DNA of 64,000 nt from Candidatus Woesearchaeota archaeon (GTDB taxonomy: Archaea; Nanobdellota; Nanobdellia; Pacearchaeales; GW2011-AR1). Each line of letters opens with the position of its first letter. Position 1 is the stretch's first letter. A program made the position numbers and the translations under genes. The stretch lies in NCBI GenBank assembly GCA_964342415.1, contig CAYFFD010000001.1, forward strand, positions 4,658 to 68,657, written 5' to 3'. Positions 38,474 through 48,090 of this stretch are shown here, in pieces. The notes beneath the pieces were generated by a model. It saw only the letters and a list, made by a program, of their open reading frames with translations. It was not told the DNA's origin and ran no database searches.

Positions 38474-39757
38474 ATGGAAAAGAGGTTTGTTGAATTAATG
38501 TTAATGTCTGCATTAATTATCTTCTTATCTACAGGAGTTTTTGCGTTAGGTGAATCTTGTTTTATAACAGATAGGGCAACATGTGAAGCATCTGGAACTA
38601 TTGTAATGGGTTTATCTGGCATTACAAATGCCCATGGTGAATTAGCAAGCGAAGGAAATTATGGTAGTGTTTTGTGTTGTAATTTTGTAGGAAGCCTGAC
38701 TTGTGATAGTAGTAATTCAAATAAGATCATAAGATTATCTTCAAGCACTAATGCTCATGCAGAAATCCCTGATCAAACAACTTACACAACAAATGTTTGC
38801 TATGAAAATTTAAACTGCATAAGCACATCTCAAAATTGTGGAGATATAACAGAATCTCCTTACACACCTATTTTTTCTTTGTCAAATTTTACAAATGCAC
38901 ATATTGGAGGGATAAATGATTACCCTAATATAAGAATTTGTTGTACTTCTCCAAGTTTTGTTGTTTCTTCTTCAAATGTTTTTTGGAGCAGTAATGAAAC
39001 TATTGAAATTTCACAACTAGATGTGATACCAGAAACAACAAGTGTTAAAATGGTTTTAGAAACATCTGGATTGTCACAAGGCACAGAAGTTAGTTTTAAT
39101 ATTTTGGAAGAAGATTTCTTTTTAAATGCAGATGATAAAATAAGACATGTTGATAATGGAAATGCAATAACTGCAACAATTGATGCTAACGGAGACGCGA
39201 TTGCAAACTGGACAATCACTTTAGAAGATTTAGAAAAAACAGCATCAAATGATTATGATGAATTTTATTTTGAAGTTAATAATGAGATAAGTAATTATTT
39301 AACATTAAACATTTTAAATATTTCAGTTTGTGAAGACATAGTCATTTGTGGGAATTATGAAAATGAAGTTTCATGTGGGAATGATATCTGCCAAGTTGCA
39401 GGAACCGATGCCCCTACAAATGTGACTTGTGATGACCCTACAATAAACTGCCAATGTTCATGGACTGATCAGTGTAATTTTGAATTTGAATCCCAAGAAG
39501 TAAATGGAACAGTAATTGGAACTTGTACTTTTGTTGAAAACACTGAAGACGATTGTTCTGACGGACTTTTAAGTTATTCATGGATAACAACATGGACAGA
39601 GGATTTAGGAGATAAGCCTTTGGAGTGCAGTGATGGAAGCAGAGTTCTTGAATGTCCTGCGCAAATCCAACTTCCATTCTTTGGATTTTATAATTTAATT
39701 GTCGCAGTATTACTTATTGCAATAATTTACTTTATAATTCTAAGAAGAAAAGATTAA
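38474..39757 (+). CDS. cysteine-rich surface protein with C-terminal TM anchor
   Basis: It has a signal peptide and many Cys. The C-terminus is FYNLIVAVLLIAIIYFIILRRKD. Confidence 0.45.
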   Translation: MEKRFVELMLMSALIIFLSTGVFALGESCFITDRATCEASGTIVMGLSGITNAHGELASEGNYGSVLCCNFVGSLTCDSSNSNKIIRLSSSTNAHAEIPDQTTYTTNVCYENLNCISTSQNCGDITESPYTPIFSLSNFTNAHIGGINDYPNIRICCTSPSFVVSSSNVFWSSNETIEISQLDVIPETTSVKMVLETSGLSQGTEVSFNILEEDFFLNADDKIRHVDNGNAITATIDANGDAIANWTITLEDLEKTASNDYDEFYFEVNNEISNYLTLNILNISVCEDIVICGNYENEVSCGNDICQVAGTDAPTNVTCDDPTINCQCSWTDQCNFEFESQEVNGTVIGTCTFVENTEDDCSDGLLSYSWITTWTEDLGDKPLECSDGSRVLECPAQIQLPFFGFYNLIVAVLLIAIIYFIILRRKD

Positions 39758-39793
39758 GAGAAAATTTATAAAATAAAATTCCCATTATCTTTA

Positions 39794-42451
39794 ATGAAAA
39801 GAGGGGTGATAATTGTTTTTTTGGCATTAGTGTTAGTTTCAAGTTTTATTTATGCAGTTCTCGAAATCGGAACTCAAAGCCATGAAATTGAAACAAGATA
39901 TGCGCAAAACGATTCCATAAGAGGATGGATAAACATCAGTCTTGAAAACGAGCCTGCAAATTCATTGTTTGAAGATTCTTACGAAAATTCAATAACATTA
40001 ATTGATTTATTAAAACTGAATAATAATTCAGATTATGATTGCTTGCCTGCTGACTGCGAAAGTGATTATTCTGCAAACAACCAAGAGGCCTCAAAAACAT
40101 TCACCTTAAACAAAAACCAACAAAAAACACTTGGATTCAAATTTACAGGAGCTAGTTTTGAAAGTGTTTCCTCCTTCTCTGTAAATGTTTTAAGTACTTC
40201 ATCGGAAGGAACATCAAAGCAATTATTTATAGATATTTTGAATAATGATGAAATTGAATGGCAATCCTACAATCCTTCAGATAATTTTTACGGTGAAGAT
40301 TATGGCTGCTATGAATCACCAAACGAAGAAGTGTTAATTCACAATGAAGTGTATTGCGAGAAAATCAATCTTCCTGTCTCTCCAAATGTAGAGATTGGAG
40401 CTTATGTTATTGAAGCCAATCAAACAGGAGAAAGCGCCGTCTTTGTCTTAAGCTTAGAAGGGGAAGGTAACAGTGATTCATGTGAAACAACTGCAACCTC
40501 AAGCGGAAGAATATCATGTGTTCTTGATTCTGGAACAAATAAAAAACAGGATTATTTCATATGCATGAGAACAAAAAACTCTGCCGACAATTTCAAATAT
40601 AAAATTAATTCTGAAACAAATGCACCTTGTGGTTACGCAGGAACTGAAGAAAATGAAAGAGATTTTGAAATCTTTGTAAAGCCTGGAAAATTTTCATCTG
40701 TTGGGAACTTTGCATTAACAAGTGATGAAGCAAAAAATTCAGGAAGTAGCACAAATATCGAAGCAGATATAATTGATTATATTGGAAGATATAACAATGA
40801 CTGCTCGCAGGAATGCATCATCCCAATAAAGTTTATTTCAGAAGAGGATGATCAACAGATAACAATTTCAGATGTAAGCATTTTCCATACTGTAAGTGGA
40901 ACTCCTAAAGAGACAAATGAAATTTATGATTTAACAGAATCTCCTGCAATAATAAATTCAGAATTCCAGAAATTAGACTTAGATAATGCAGGTTTAACCA
41001 TCTCTGGAGAATTTGACAAACAAGGAACGTATTCTTTAAGCCTAGACAGCAATGAAATTTTTTCTGAAGAGATTTCATTTGAAAAAGCTCCACAGATAAA
41101 ATCATTGAATCCAAAAACAGCAATAGCTGCATATCCAACTGAATTCACTTTGGAAGTGGAAGGCTCTGAATCTAATATATTAAGCTATGAATGGGATTTT
41201 GGAAATGGCGACAAGAAAACAACAGTAGAAAACAAAGTAACCAATACTTACAGTTCTGTAGGATTATTTGAATTGAAAATTAAAATAACAGACTCAAACA
41301 ACTTCAGTTTATCAAAAACATATAACATAAACGTCAAAACACCAAAAGATGCAATAAATTTCGTATTAAAAAATAAATTCGATGATTTAAACAATGTTCT
41401 TGAAAAAATTCAAACTATCCCTGAATTTTATCAAAGTTCATTAAATAAAATTCTAAACATAACAGAAATCGAAGACGAGATAACAAGTATTCAGCAAAAA
41501 AATTCAATAGCACAAACCGACAATGATTATGTGAAAATCATGGCTGATCTTGTAAAACTTGATGTTCCTAAATCTGTTTTTGAAAGCAAGAGCGCGGATT
41601 CAATAAAATTTCTATCAGATGAAAAAAACATAGATCTTGAAATATTAAAAGAAGTTGGAAAGGGTGAATATCAAGAAGACAAAAAAGACCAATATACTGA
41701 TTCAATAATATTGTGGAACATTGAGAACATTGATGCAGCAGTAACTTTCAAAGAATTTTCTGTTGAATATGACGACTTTTCAGAGAGAGTTTTAAATGTT
41801 TTTGAATTAAAGATAAACGAAAAATTGGAACGAGAGGATTTTTTCTTTATCATAAAAGATATTGAAGATTTGGAATTCAAAGAAAATTATGGACAAAGGA
41901 AAGTATTAGGATATAATTATATAAAGTTAGGTGTCGAAGAAGAAACAATTGAATTTCTAACAACAGAAGATGTTGATTTTAAAAATTTACCAGTATTTAT
42001 TTCTCCAGAAATAAAAGGGCTGTCAATAGTCAAAACAGGACTTTCACTGCTTGAAGAAAATCTTCCAAGCTGGAGTTTGTTAATTTTAATTTTTTTATTT
42101 ATTTTATTTATAGGAATAATTGCATATGTGGTGTTACAAGAATGGTACAAAAGAAAATATGAAGATTATTTGTTCAAAGATAAAAATAGTCTTTACAATT
42201 TAATTTCATATATAGAAGGTGTAAAAAAGAAAGGAATTAAAGGTGATGAAATAGAGAAAAAATTAAAAAAAACAGGATGGAATTCTGAACAAGTCACTTA
42301 CATCATGAGAAAATATGTGGGAAAAAGAACAGGTATGTTTGAGATTCCTATTGAATGGATTTTAAAGATCTTCAAAAAAAGGCGTGGGCAAAATATTCAA
42401 CAGAAAAAAGGAAATCTTCAAAACCAGTCACGTGAAAAAAGAATTAAATGA
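39794..42451 (+). CDS. large surface protein with PKD domain and C-terminal TM plus cytoplasmic tail
   Basis: It has a signal peptide. The PKD-like segment is YEWDFGNGDKKTT...YSSVGLFELKIKITDSNN. The TM is SLLILIFLFILFIGIIAYVVL and an ~80-aa basic tail follows. Confidence 0.55.
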   Translation: MKRGVIIVFLALVLVSSFIYAVLEIGTQSHEIETRYAQNDSIRGWINISLENEPANSLFEDSYENSITLIDLLKLNNNSDYDCLPADCESDYSANNQEASKTFTLNKNQQKTLGFKFTGASFESVSSFSVNVLSTSSEGTSKQLFIDILNNDEIEWQSYNPSDNFYGEDYGCYESPNEEVLIHNEVYCEKINLPVSPNVEIGAYVIEANQTGESAVFVLSLEGEGNSDSCETTATSSGRISCVLDSGTNKKQDYFICMRTKNSADNFKYKINSETNAPCGYAGTEENERDFEIFVKPGKFSSVGNFALTSDEAKNSGSSTNIEADIIDYIGRYNNDCSQECIIPIKFISEEDDQQITISDVSIFHTVSGTPKETNEIYDLTESPAIINSEFQKLDLDNAGLTISGEFDKQGTYSLSLDSNEIFSEEISFEKAPQIKSLNPKTAIAAYPTEFTLEVEGSESNILSYEWDFGNGDKKTTVENKVTNTYSSVGLFELKIKITDSNNFSLSKTYNINVKTPKDAINFVLKNKFDDLNNVLEKIQTIPEFYQSSLNKILNITEIEDEITSIQQKNSIAQTDNDYVKIMADLVKLDVPKSVFESKSADSIKFLSDEKNIDLEILKEVGKGEYQEDKKDQYTDSIILWNIENIDAAVTFKEFSVEYDDFSERVLNVFELKINEKLEREDFFFIIKDIEDLEFKENYGQRKVLGYNYIKLGVEEETIEFLTTEDVDFKNLPVFISPEIKGLSIVKTGLSLLEENLPSWSLLILIFLFILFIGIIAYVVLQEWYKRKYEDYLFKDKNSLYNLISYIEGVKKKGIKGDEIEKKLKKTGWNSEQVTYIMRKYVGKRTGMFEIPIEWILKIFKKRRGQNIQQKKGNLQNQSREKRIK

Positions 42452-42493
42452 AAGTTTATAAACTTTGATGATAAGTTAACATAAACTCACAAA

Positions 42494-43129
42494 ATGAAAA
42501 AAGGTTTAAAAAATTTCTTTGGAAAAATTTTCGGAATTTTTGGAATGAGGAAACCAATTAAACTTGGCTTTTACGGTCCTCCAAACGCAGGAAAAACAAG
42601 TCTTGCGAATAGAATTTGTAAGGATTTTACAGGAGAAGAAATGGGAAAAGTCAGCAAGGTTCCTCATGAAACACGAAATGTGCAATTCAAGGAAAAGGTT
42701 GAGATAAGCTACAAAAAAAAGAAAATGATTTTTAAGATGGTGGATACTCCAGGGATTGCAACAAAAATAGATTATGAAGATTTTTTGAAATATAAGATTA
42801 AAAAGAAAGATGCAAAAAAAAGAGCTAAAGAAGCAACCCAAGGTGTTATTGAATCAATAAAATGGCTTGATGATATGGATGTTGTCGTGGTTGTTTTAGA
42901 TGCAACTAAAAACCCTTACGACCAGGTCAATATTACAATTGTGGGAAATTTAGCTGCAAGAAAAATTCCAGTGCTTATAGTAGCGAACAAAACAGATTTG
43001 AAAAGAGCGAGTATAAGAAAAATAGAGTCAGCGTTTCCAGAATATAAAGTTGTAGGGATTAGCGCAAGATATGGGAAAAACATAGATAAATTTTACGAAG
43101 AAGTTTTTAAAATATCTAAAAAAGCTTAA
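42494..43129 (+). CDS. small GTP-binding protein (Era/TrmE-like TRAFAC G domain)
   Basis: The G motifs are G1 GPPNAGKTS, G2 T in HETRN, G3 DTPGI, G4 NKTD and G5 SAR. Confidence 0.7.
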   Translation: MKKGLKNFFGKIFGIFGMRKPIKLGFYGPPNAGKTSLANRICKDFTGEEMGKVSKVPHETRNVQFKEKVEISYKKKKMIFKMVDTPGIATKIDYEDFLKYKIKKKDAKKRAKEATQGVIESIKWLDDMDVVVVVLDATKNPYDQVNITIVGNLAARKIPVLIVANKTDLKRASIRKIESAFPEYKVVGISARYGKNIDKFYEEVFKISKKA

Positions 43130-43135
43130 AACAAA

Positions 43136-43534
43136 ATGAAAAAAAGAGTGAAAAAAATAAAAGGTTTTACAATACAATTCATGCCTTATTCTGAAATAAG
43201 GGATTTGAATAGTAGTGAAAGAATAAAAAAAATATTGAAAATTGTTTTAGGTAATCATATTTTACTTTTACAGGGGAAATTAAAATCAGAAGAAGAAACA
43301 AGGTTGATAGAGGATACAATGGTAATGGTAGGTCATGTAAAAAATTTCAAGGGAATTGAACTTGCAGTTATATCTGATAATGGAAATGATAATTTATTTG
43401 GGAGATTCAGAAAAGGAATTGTAAATACATTACTTAAGGGAGATTTAGGTGCAATAACAATAATAGGTCCTGCGACAATTGTCAAAGAAATAAAAAGGAA
43501 TCCAAAAAAGATTGAACTTCTCCTGAATAAATAA
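43136..43534 (+). CDS. hypothetical protein coupled to the GTPase
   Basis: It is 132 aa and starts 7 nt after the GTPase stop. Confidence 0.35.
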   Translation: MKKRVKKIKGFTIQFMPYSEIRDLNSSERIKKILKIVLGNHILLLQGKLKSEEETRLIEDTMVMVGHVKNFKGIELAVISDNGNDNLFGRFRKGIVNTLLKGDLGAITIIGPATIVKEIKRNPKKIELLLNK

Positions 43535-43782
43535 TGAAAGAAAAATTTTCCATTACAAGAGTTGTAACGAGAGATGTTATCACTGATTTTTTTCAAATAA
43601 TAAGGAATCTTTTTGGGATGAGATTAAAAGGATATGAAGAAATAATAAGCACAAATATAAAAGAGCTAATAAAAGGTGGAGAGAAAAAATACAAAATAGA
43701 TTGGTGGAGATTATCTATTAATCCATTAACACACAGTTCTATAATGATTACATTCTATGGGGAAGGAACGAAAAAGAAATAA
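43534..43782 (+). CDS. hypothetical small protein
   Basis: It is 82 aa. Its start overlaps the upstream stop. Confidence 0.3.
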   Translation: MKEKFSITRVVTRDVITDFFQIIRNLFGMRLKGYEEIISTNIKELIKGGEKKYKIDWWRLSINPLTHSSIMITFYGEGTKKK

Positions 43783-43845
43783 TTTTTGATTAATAAAATT
43801 TTTAATTATGGAAAAAATTAAATAGTATCTTTTATTTTAAAAAAG

Positions 43846-44229
43846 ATGCCATACCAATGTGTCAAGTGTTCGAGAATTATTCCTATAGGAAATAAAGAAT
43901 TGATAGAAGGGTGTGGAGATTGTAAGGGTCATTTTTTCTTTTATATTAGGGATGAACAATTGAAAAAAATAAAAGAAAGGCCGATTGAAATCCCAAACGA
44001 AGAGAAAAAGGAAGTTGAGAAAAATATAAGGGAAATGGCAGGAATTCCTGATGAAAACGCACCGGTGATTCTTGATATAGAGTCTGTAAGAGTTCTCAGT
44101 GATGGGAAATTTGAAATTGATGTTGTAAGTTTATTCGAAAAGAAAAAGCCCTTAGTCTACAAACTAGAAGAAGGAAAGTATATAATTGATCTGACTTTTA
44201 TGGGAGAAAGAAAAGATGAAGAAAATTAA
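43846..44229 (+). CDS. zinc-ribbon protein
   Basis: CVKCSR...CGDCKG forms a Cys4 ribbon at the N-terminus. Confidence 0.4.
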   Translation: MPYQCVKCSRIIPIGNKELIEGCGDCKGHFFFYIRDEQLKKIKERPIEIPNEEKKEVEKNIREMAGIPDENAPVILDIESVRVLSDGKFEIDVVSLFEKKKPLVYKLEEGKYIIDLTFMGERKDEEN

Positions 44230-45484
44230 TTCTATCTTAGATGAAGTATTAAAAGAAATAAAACCAAGCAAAAAAGAAATTGAAGAGATTAATGTTCTTC
44301 TAAAAAAATTCTTACAAAATTTTAAGAAAAAAATTAAAAGTTCTAGATTAGATGCTGAGATTTTTATTGGTGGAAGTTTTGCAAAAAAAACAATGGTAAA
44401 AAGAAAGGCATATGATGTTGATATTTTTATAAGGTTTAATAAAAAATATAAAAATATTTCAGAGTTAGCTGAAAAGATTTTAAGAGGATTTCAAAAAACA
44501 AAGATACATGGTTCAAGAGATTATTTTATGATAAAAGTCAATCCAAAATTTATTTTGGAAGTAATTCCTGTAGCAAAAATAAAAAATCCAAAAGAAGCAG
44601 AAAACATAACAGATTTGTCTTATTCACATGTTAGCTATATCAAAAAGAAGTTATCTAAAAAAATTCTGGATGAAATAATGATTGCAAAGGCTTTTTGTCA
44701 TGCAAAAAACTGCTATGGAGCAGAATCATACATTAAAGGATTTTCTGGATATGGTCTAGAATTATTGATTTACCATCATAAAGGTTTTTTAAAATTCTTA
44801 AAAGAAATGGTTAAAATAAAAAAAGAAGAAAAAATTATAATTGATTTTGAAAAAAAATTCAAAAACAAACAAGAAGTTTTGATGAATCTTAATAGTTCAA
44901 AACTGCAATCACCAATAATTCTAATTGACCCAACTTACAGGCAAAGAAATGTTCTTGCTGCACTGTCTAAAGAAACCCTTGAAAAATTTCAAAAAGAATG
45001 TAAAAGGTTTCTGAAAAATCCTTCCTTAAAACATTTCGAAGAAGAAAAAATAGATTTTGAAAAAAGGAAAAAAAGCGCTAAAAAAAGCGAACATGAATTT
45101 ATTTCAATTGAGACTAAAACAAATAAACAAAAAGGAGATATTGCAGGTAGCAAATTATTGAAATTTAATAAATATTTAAACAAAGGAATTGAAAAATCTT
45201 TTCACATAAAAAACAAAGGTTTCCAATATAATGAAAACAAAACCGCGCTGCAGTTTTTCGCTGTTAAAAGCAAAAAGGAAATTTTATTCAAAGGTCCAAA
45301 AGAAAAGGATAAAAAAAATGTTAAAGCATTTAAGAAAAAACATAAAAAAACTTTTATTAAGTCAGGAAGGATTTATGCGAAAGAAAAAATTAATTTTACT
45401 TTAAGAAAATTTTTGGAAAATTGGAAAAAGAAAAGCAAAAAAGTAATGAGAGAAATGTCAATGAGTGAGTTGAATATTAAATAA
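44216..45484 (+). CDS. cca: tRNA CCA-adding enzyme (class I archaeal nucleotidyltransferase)
   Basis: FIGGSFAKKTMVKRKAYDVDIFIRF matches the GS...D.D nucleotidyltransferase motif. Length is 422 aa. Confidence 0.7.
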   Translation: MKKINSILDEVLKEIKPSKKEIEEINVLLKKFLQNFKKKIKSSRLDAEIFIGGSFAKKTMVKRKAYDVDIFIRFNKKYKNISELAEKILRGFQKTKIHGSRDYFMIKVNPKFILEVIPVAKIKNPKEAENITDLSYSHVSYIKKKLSKKILDEIMIAKAFCHAKNCYGAESYIKGFSGYGLELLIYHHKGFLKFLKEMVKIKKEEKIIIDFEKKFKNKQEVLMNLNSSKLQSPIILIDPTYRQRNVLAALSKETLEKFQKECKRFLKNPSLKHFEEEKIDFEKRKKSAKKSEHEFISIETKTNKQKGDIAGSKLLKFNKYLNKGIEKSFHIKNKGFQYNENKTALQFFAVKSKKEILFKGPKEKDKKNVKAFKKKHKKTFIKSGRIYAKEKINFTLRKFLENWKKKSKKVMREMSMSELNIK

Positions 45485-45868
45485 CTAATCTCTTAAATAT
45501 GGTTTTTCAAGAAGTGAGACCCAATCAGCATAAAATTCAAATCCAGGAAAATTCTTTAACTCATTGGTAATATCTTCTTTTCCAAAATAAAGTTTCAAAT
45601 CTTTTCTCAACTGATAAATGTGGTCGCCTAACCTTAATCCCACATTTGGGATGGTAATTCCTCCAAAATTAATCGGAGGTCTTAAATAATGAGGGCTAAT
45701 AATTTTTAACCCTCTCGTTTTAATTCCTCCAAAAACACCAAAACTTACTTTTGGATCTCCTTTATGAGATTTAACTAACATAACAAGTTCACCTTCTTCA
45801 ACTTCTACACTTCTTTTTTCAACTATAGTTTTTTGCTCTTCAAAATTTATTGTATGTTTTTTAACCAT
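45485..45868 (-). CDS. hypothetical protein
   Basis: It is a 127-aa ORF. I cannot assign a family. Confidence 0.3.
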   Translation of the reverse strand: MVKKHTINFEEQKTIVEKRSVEVEEGELVMLVKSHKGDPKVSFGVFGGIKTRGLKIISPHYLRPPINFGGITIPNVGLRLGDHIYQLRKDLKLYFGKEDITNELKNFPGFEFYADWVSLLEKPYLRD

Positions 45869-45873
45869 TTGAA

Positions 45874-46656
45874 TTATTTCAAACTTCCAACAGCTTTTTC
45901 AAAAAGAGACGCAAACGCTTGTGAAAAAAATTCTGAATTAAGCCAGATTGCAACGTCTTCTTTTTCAAGATTTTTTGACAAGTAAAATAAAATTTCTCTT
46001 CTATCTATAATAAAGAATTTTGCATCAACATTTATTTTTTTTAATTTTGTATTAAATTTCTCTGAAACTTGCTTTATTAATTTCTCGTTTCCTGACAATG
46101 CAATTTTTAATTTTACATCTGATTTGTTAAGAACATCAAAAGTTTGCTGAAAAAGTTTTGACTTTAAAGCCATTTCTTCAACATTTGTACAAATTATAAC
46201 TTCCTCTTTTGCATTTTTTATAAGCTCTTTTATTTGGCTTGAAATATTAGATTTACCTTTTAGTGCAACTGAAATGTCCTCTTTTTTCACAGGCTCTATT
46301 CCGACATTGTATAAAGATTCAAGTGTGCCAAATTCATCAGTGGTTTTTATTTTTGAAAGTTCAACCATTTTTTCTTCGGCATTCTTACGAACATTGTTTT
46401 TTAATTTCTCAAGGATCATTCTTGGCTTGACTCCAATATATTTCACAGGTTTTCCAATCTGCACAATTGCAAATCCTCTCTTCTCTAAACTTTCTAAAAC
46501 ATCATAAGTTCTACTTCTTGGCACTCCTGAAATTGAAGCAACTTCTCCGGCAGAAGCAATACCTTTTCTAAGCAAAGCTAGCCAAACTTTTGCCTCGTAA
46601 ATATTCATTCCAAAGTAATCTCTTACTTTCTTTATGAGTTCGTGTTTTACTAACAT
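45874..46656 (-). CDS. TrmB-family transcriptional regulator
   Basis: The N-terminal wHTH is LLRKGIASAGEVASISGVPRSRTYDVLESLEKRGFA. The C-terminal domain is TrmB-like. Confidence 0.7.
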   Translation of the reverse strand: MLVKHELIKKVRDYFGMNIYEAKVWLALLRKGIASAGEVASISGVPRSRTYDVLESLEKRGFAIVQIGKPVKYIGVKPRMILEKLKNNVRKNAEEKMVELSKIKTTDEFGTLESLYNVGIEPVKKEDISVALKGKSNISSQIKELIKNAKEEVIICTNVEEMALKSKLFQQTFDVLNKSDVKLKIALSGNEKLIKQVSEKFNTKLKKINVDAKFFIIDRREILFYLSKNLEKEDVAIWLNSEFFSQAFASLFEKAVGSLK

Positions 46657-46759
46657 AAACCCTCTAAAAAAATCTATTATATAAACCTTTCTGTCTGTTA
46701 CTTTTTTCTAGTAGGAACATAAACAGAGGTTTTAAATAAGGTTAAATTTAAAGAACATC

Positions 46760-47122
46760 ATGACAAAAAGATTCGAAGAAAGTGAAATAAAAAAGATAGA
46801 ACCTCCTTTTGATAGATATGTTGGAGATTATATAATAATAACAAATATTAATGGAAGATCTAAAATGGGGAAATTGGTGGGTTTTTCTAGTGGTAATGTA
46901 TTATTAAGTCCTTTTTTAGGTATGGACTATACTCCAAAGATGCCTACAAGAAAATTAATGGAAGATACAGAAATGGTTAATATGCAATCATATGATGAAT
47001 TAGAGCCTACAACAAGAAAAAATATAGAAAGATATTGTGACCACCAAAATGAAGAATATCAAAAAGATATGGAAGCTAAAGAAAAACAAAGAAAAAATTC
47101 TTCTAAAAAACCAAATAACTAA
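46760..47122 (+). CDS. Sm-like (LSm) fold protein, candidate
   Basis: DYIIITNINGRSKMGKLVGFSSGNVLLS resembles Sm1/Sm2 motifs. It has a long charged C-terminal tail. Confidence 0.3.
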   Translation: MTKRFEESEIKKIEPPFDRYVGDYIIITNINGRSKMGKLVGFSSGNVLLSPFLGMDYTPKMPTRKLMEDTEMVNMQSYDELEPTTRKNIERYCDHQNEEYQKDMEAKEKQRKNSSKKPNN

Positions 47123-48059
47123 TCAAAATTCCTGCGAAAATTCCTGCTGTGATGAATGGCATTGCAGGATAGAATTTCTTTTTTTCTGCGAAAAACATTA
47201 AATAGCTCAAACCAAGAGTTGCCCCTGCAACAACAAAAATTGCAGAAGCCAAACCAAGAGTTTTTAGCATAACTCCTGCAGCAATTATTGGGAAAACAAC
47301 ATCTCCTCCCCCTAAAATTGCCAAATTAACTCTAATCTTTTTTTTCTTTAAATCTGATTTTTTCATTTTCTTTAATTTTTGCCTTAATTGTTTTGAAACA
47401 TATGGTACAAAAAATCCTGAGAAAATATTCAGTTTCTTAATTTGATACTTTGCCATTTTTTGCATAATCCCTGAATGCCAAACAGCCCAAGCATCATAAA
47501 CAGAAATTAAAATCAAAAGCCCTACAACTGTATAAATGTTTAAGATTGGGACAAAAACTGCTGCAATTCCTGGATAAATAAAAAGTTCTGTAGAGTTATG
47601 AATAAAAAAATCTCTTTTGTAAATTTTGATAAATGCAAATGGCAAGACCACAGCTAAAGCAACAAGCCATGAAATGGGAATTAATGAAGAAAAGAATTTA
47701 ATTTCTGAGGAAAGTATTCCAAGCAAAAAAGCATTAAGAGAAATTCCTAATGCAATTATAACCACTATGAAAAACCAGAGCTTTATGAAAAATTCTATGT
47801 TAAACTTGCTTAGCAAAAGTAACAATGAAATTGCAATTATAAAAGCGAAAATAATTGATACAAAGACGTAGTTGAATTCTTTATTCTCTTTTAACTCAGG
47901 AGTTTCAAGTCCAAAAGGTAAAGCTGGAGAATCTACTTCAACAACGTTTCCTTGAACAACTTGAACAGGAGAATAAAAATCCACAATATAAATTCCAATA
48001 AATTGAGTTACAATAAACATTGCTAACAAAATAAATGTAACTTTCAAATTATGTTTCAT
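47103..48059 (-). CDS. presenilin/signal-peptide-peptidase-like intramembrane aspartyl protease
   Basis: It is polytopic and carries YD, LGGGDVVFP (GxGD) and a PAMP (PAL-like) motif in that order. Confidence 0.6.
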   Translation of the reverse strand: MKHNLKVTFILLAMFIVTQFIGIYIVDFYSPVQVVQGNVVEVDSPALPFGLETPELKENKEFNYVFVSIIFAFIIAISLLLLLSKFNIEFFIKLWFFIVVIIALGISLNAFLLGILSSEIKFFSSLIPISWLVALAVVLPFAFIKIYKRDFFIHNSTELFIYPGIAAVFVPILNIYTVVGLLILISVYDAWAVWHSGIMQKMAKYQIKKLNIFSGFFVPYVSKQLRQKLKKMKKSDLKKKKIRVNLAILGGGDVVFPIIAAGVMLKTLGLASAIFVVAGATLGLSYLMFFAEKKKFYPAMPFITAGIFAGILISYLVF

Positions 48060-48090
48060 ATTAAAATAAAAGGAAAATTAGTTTTTAAGT

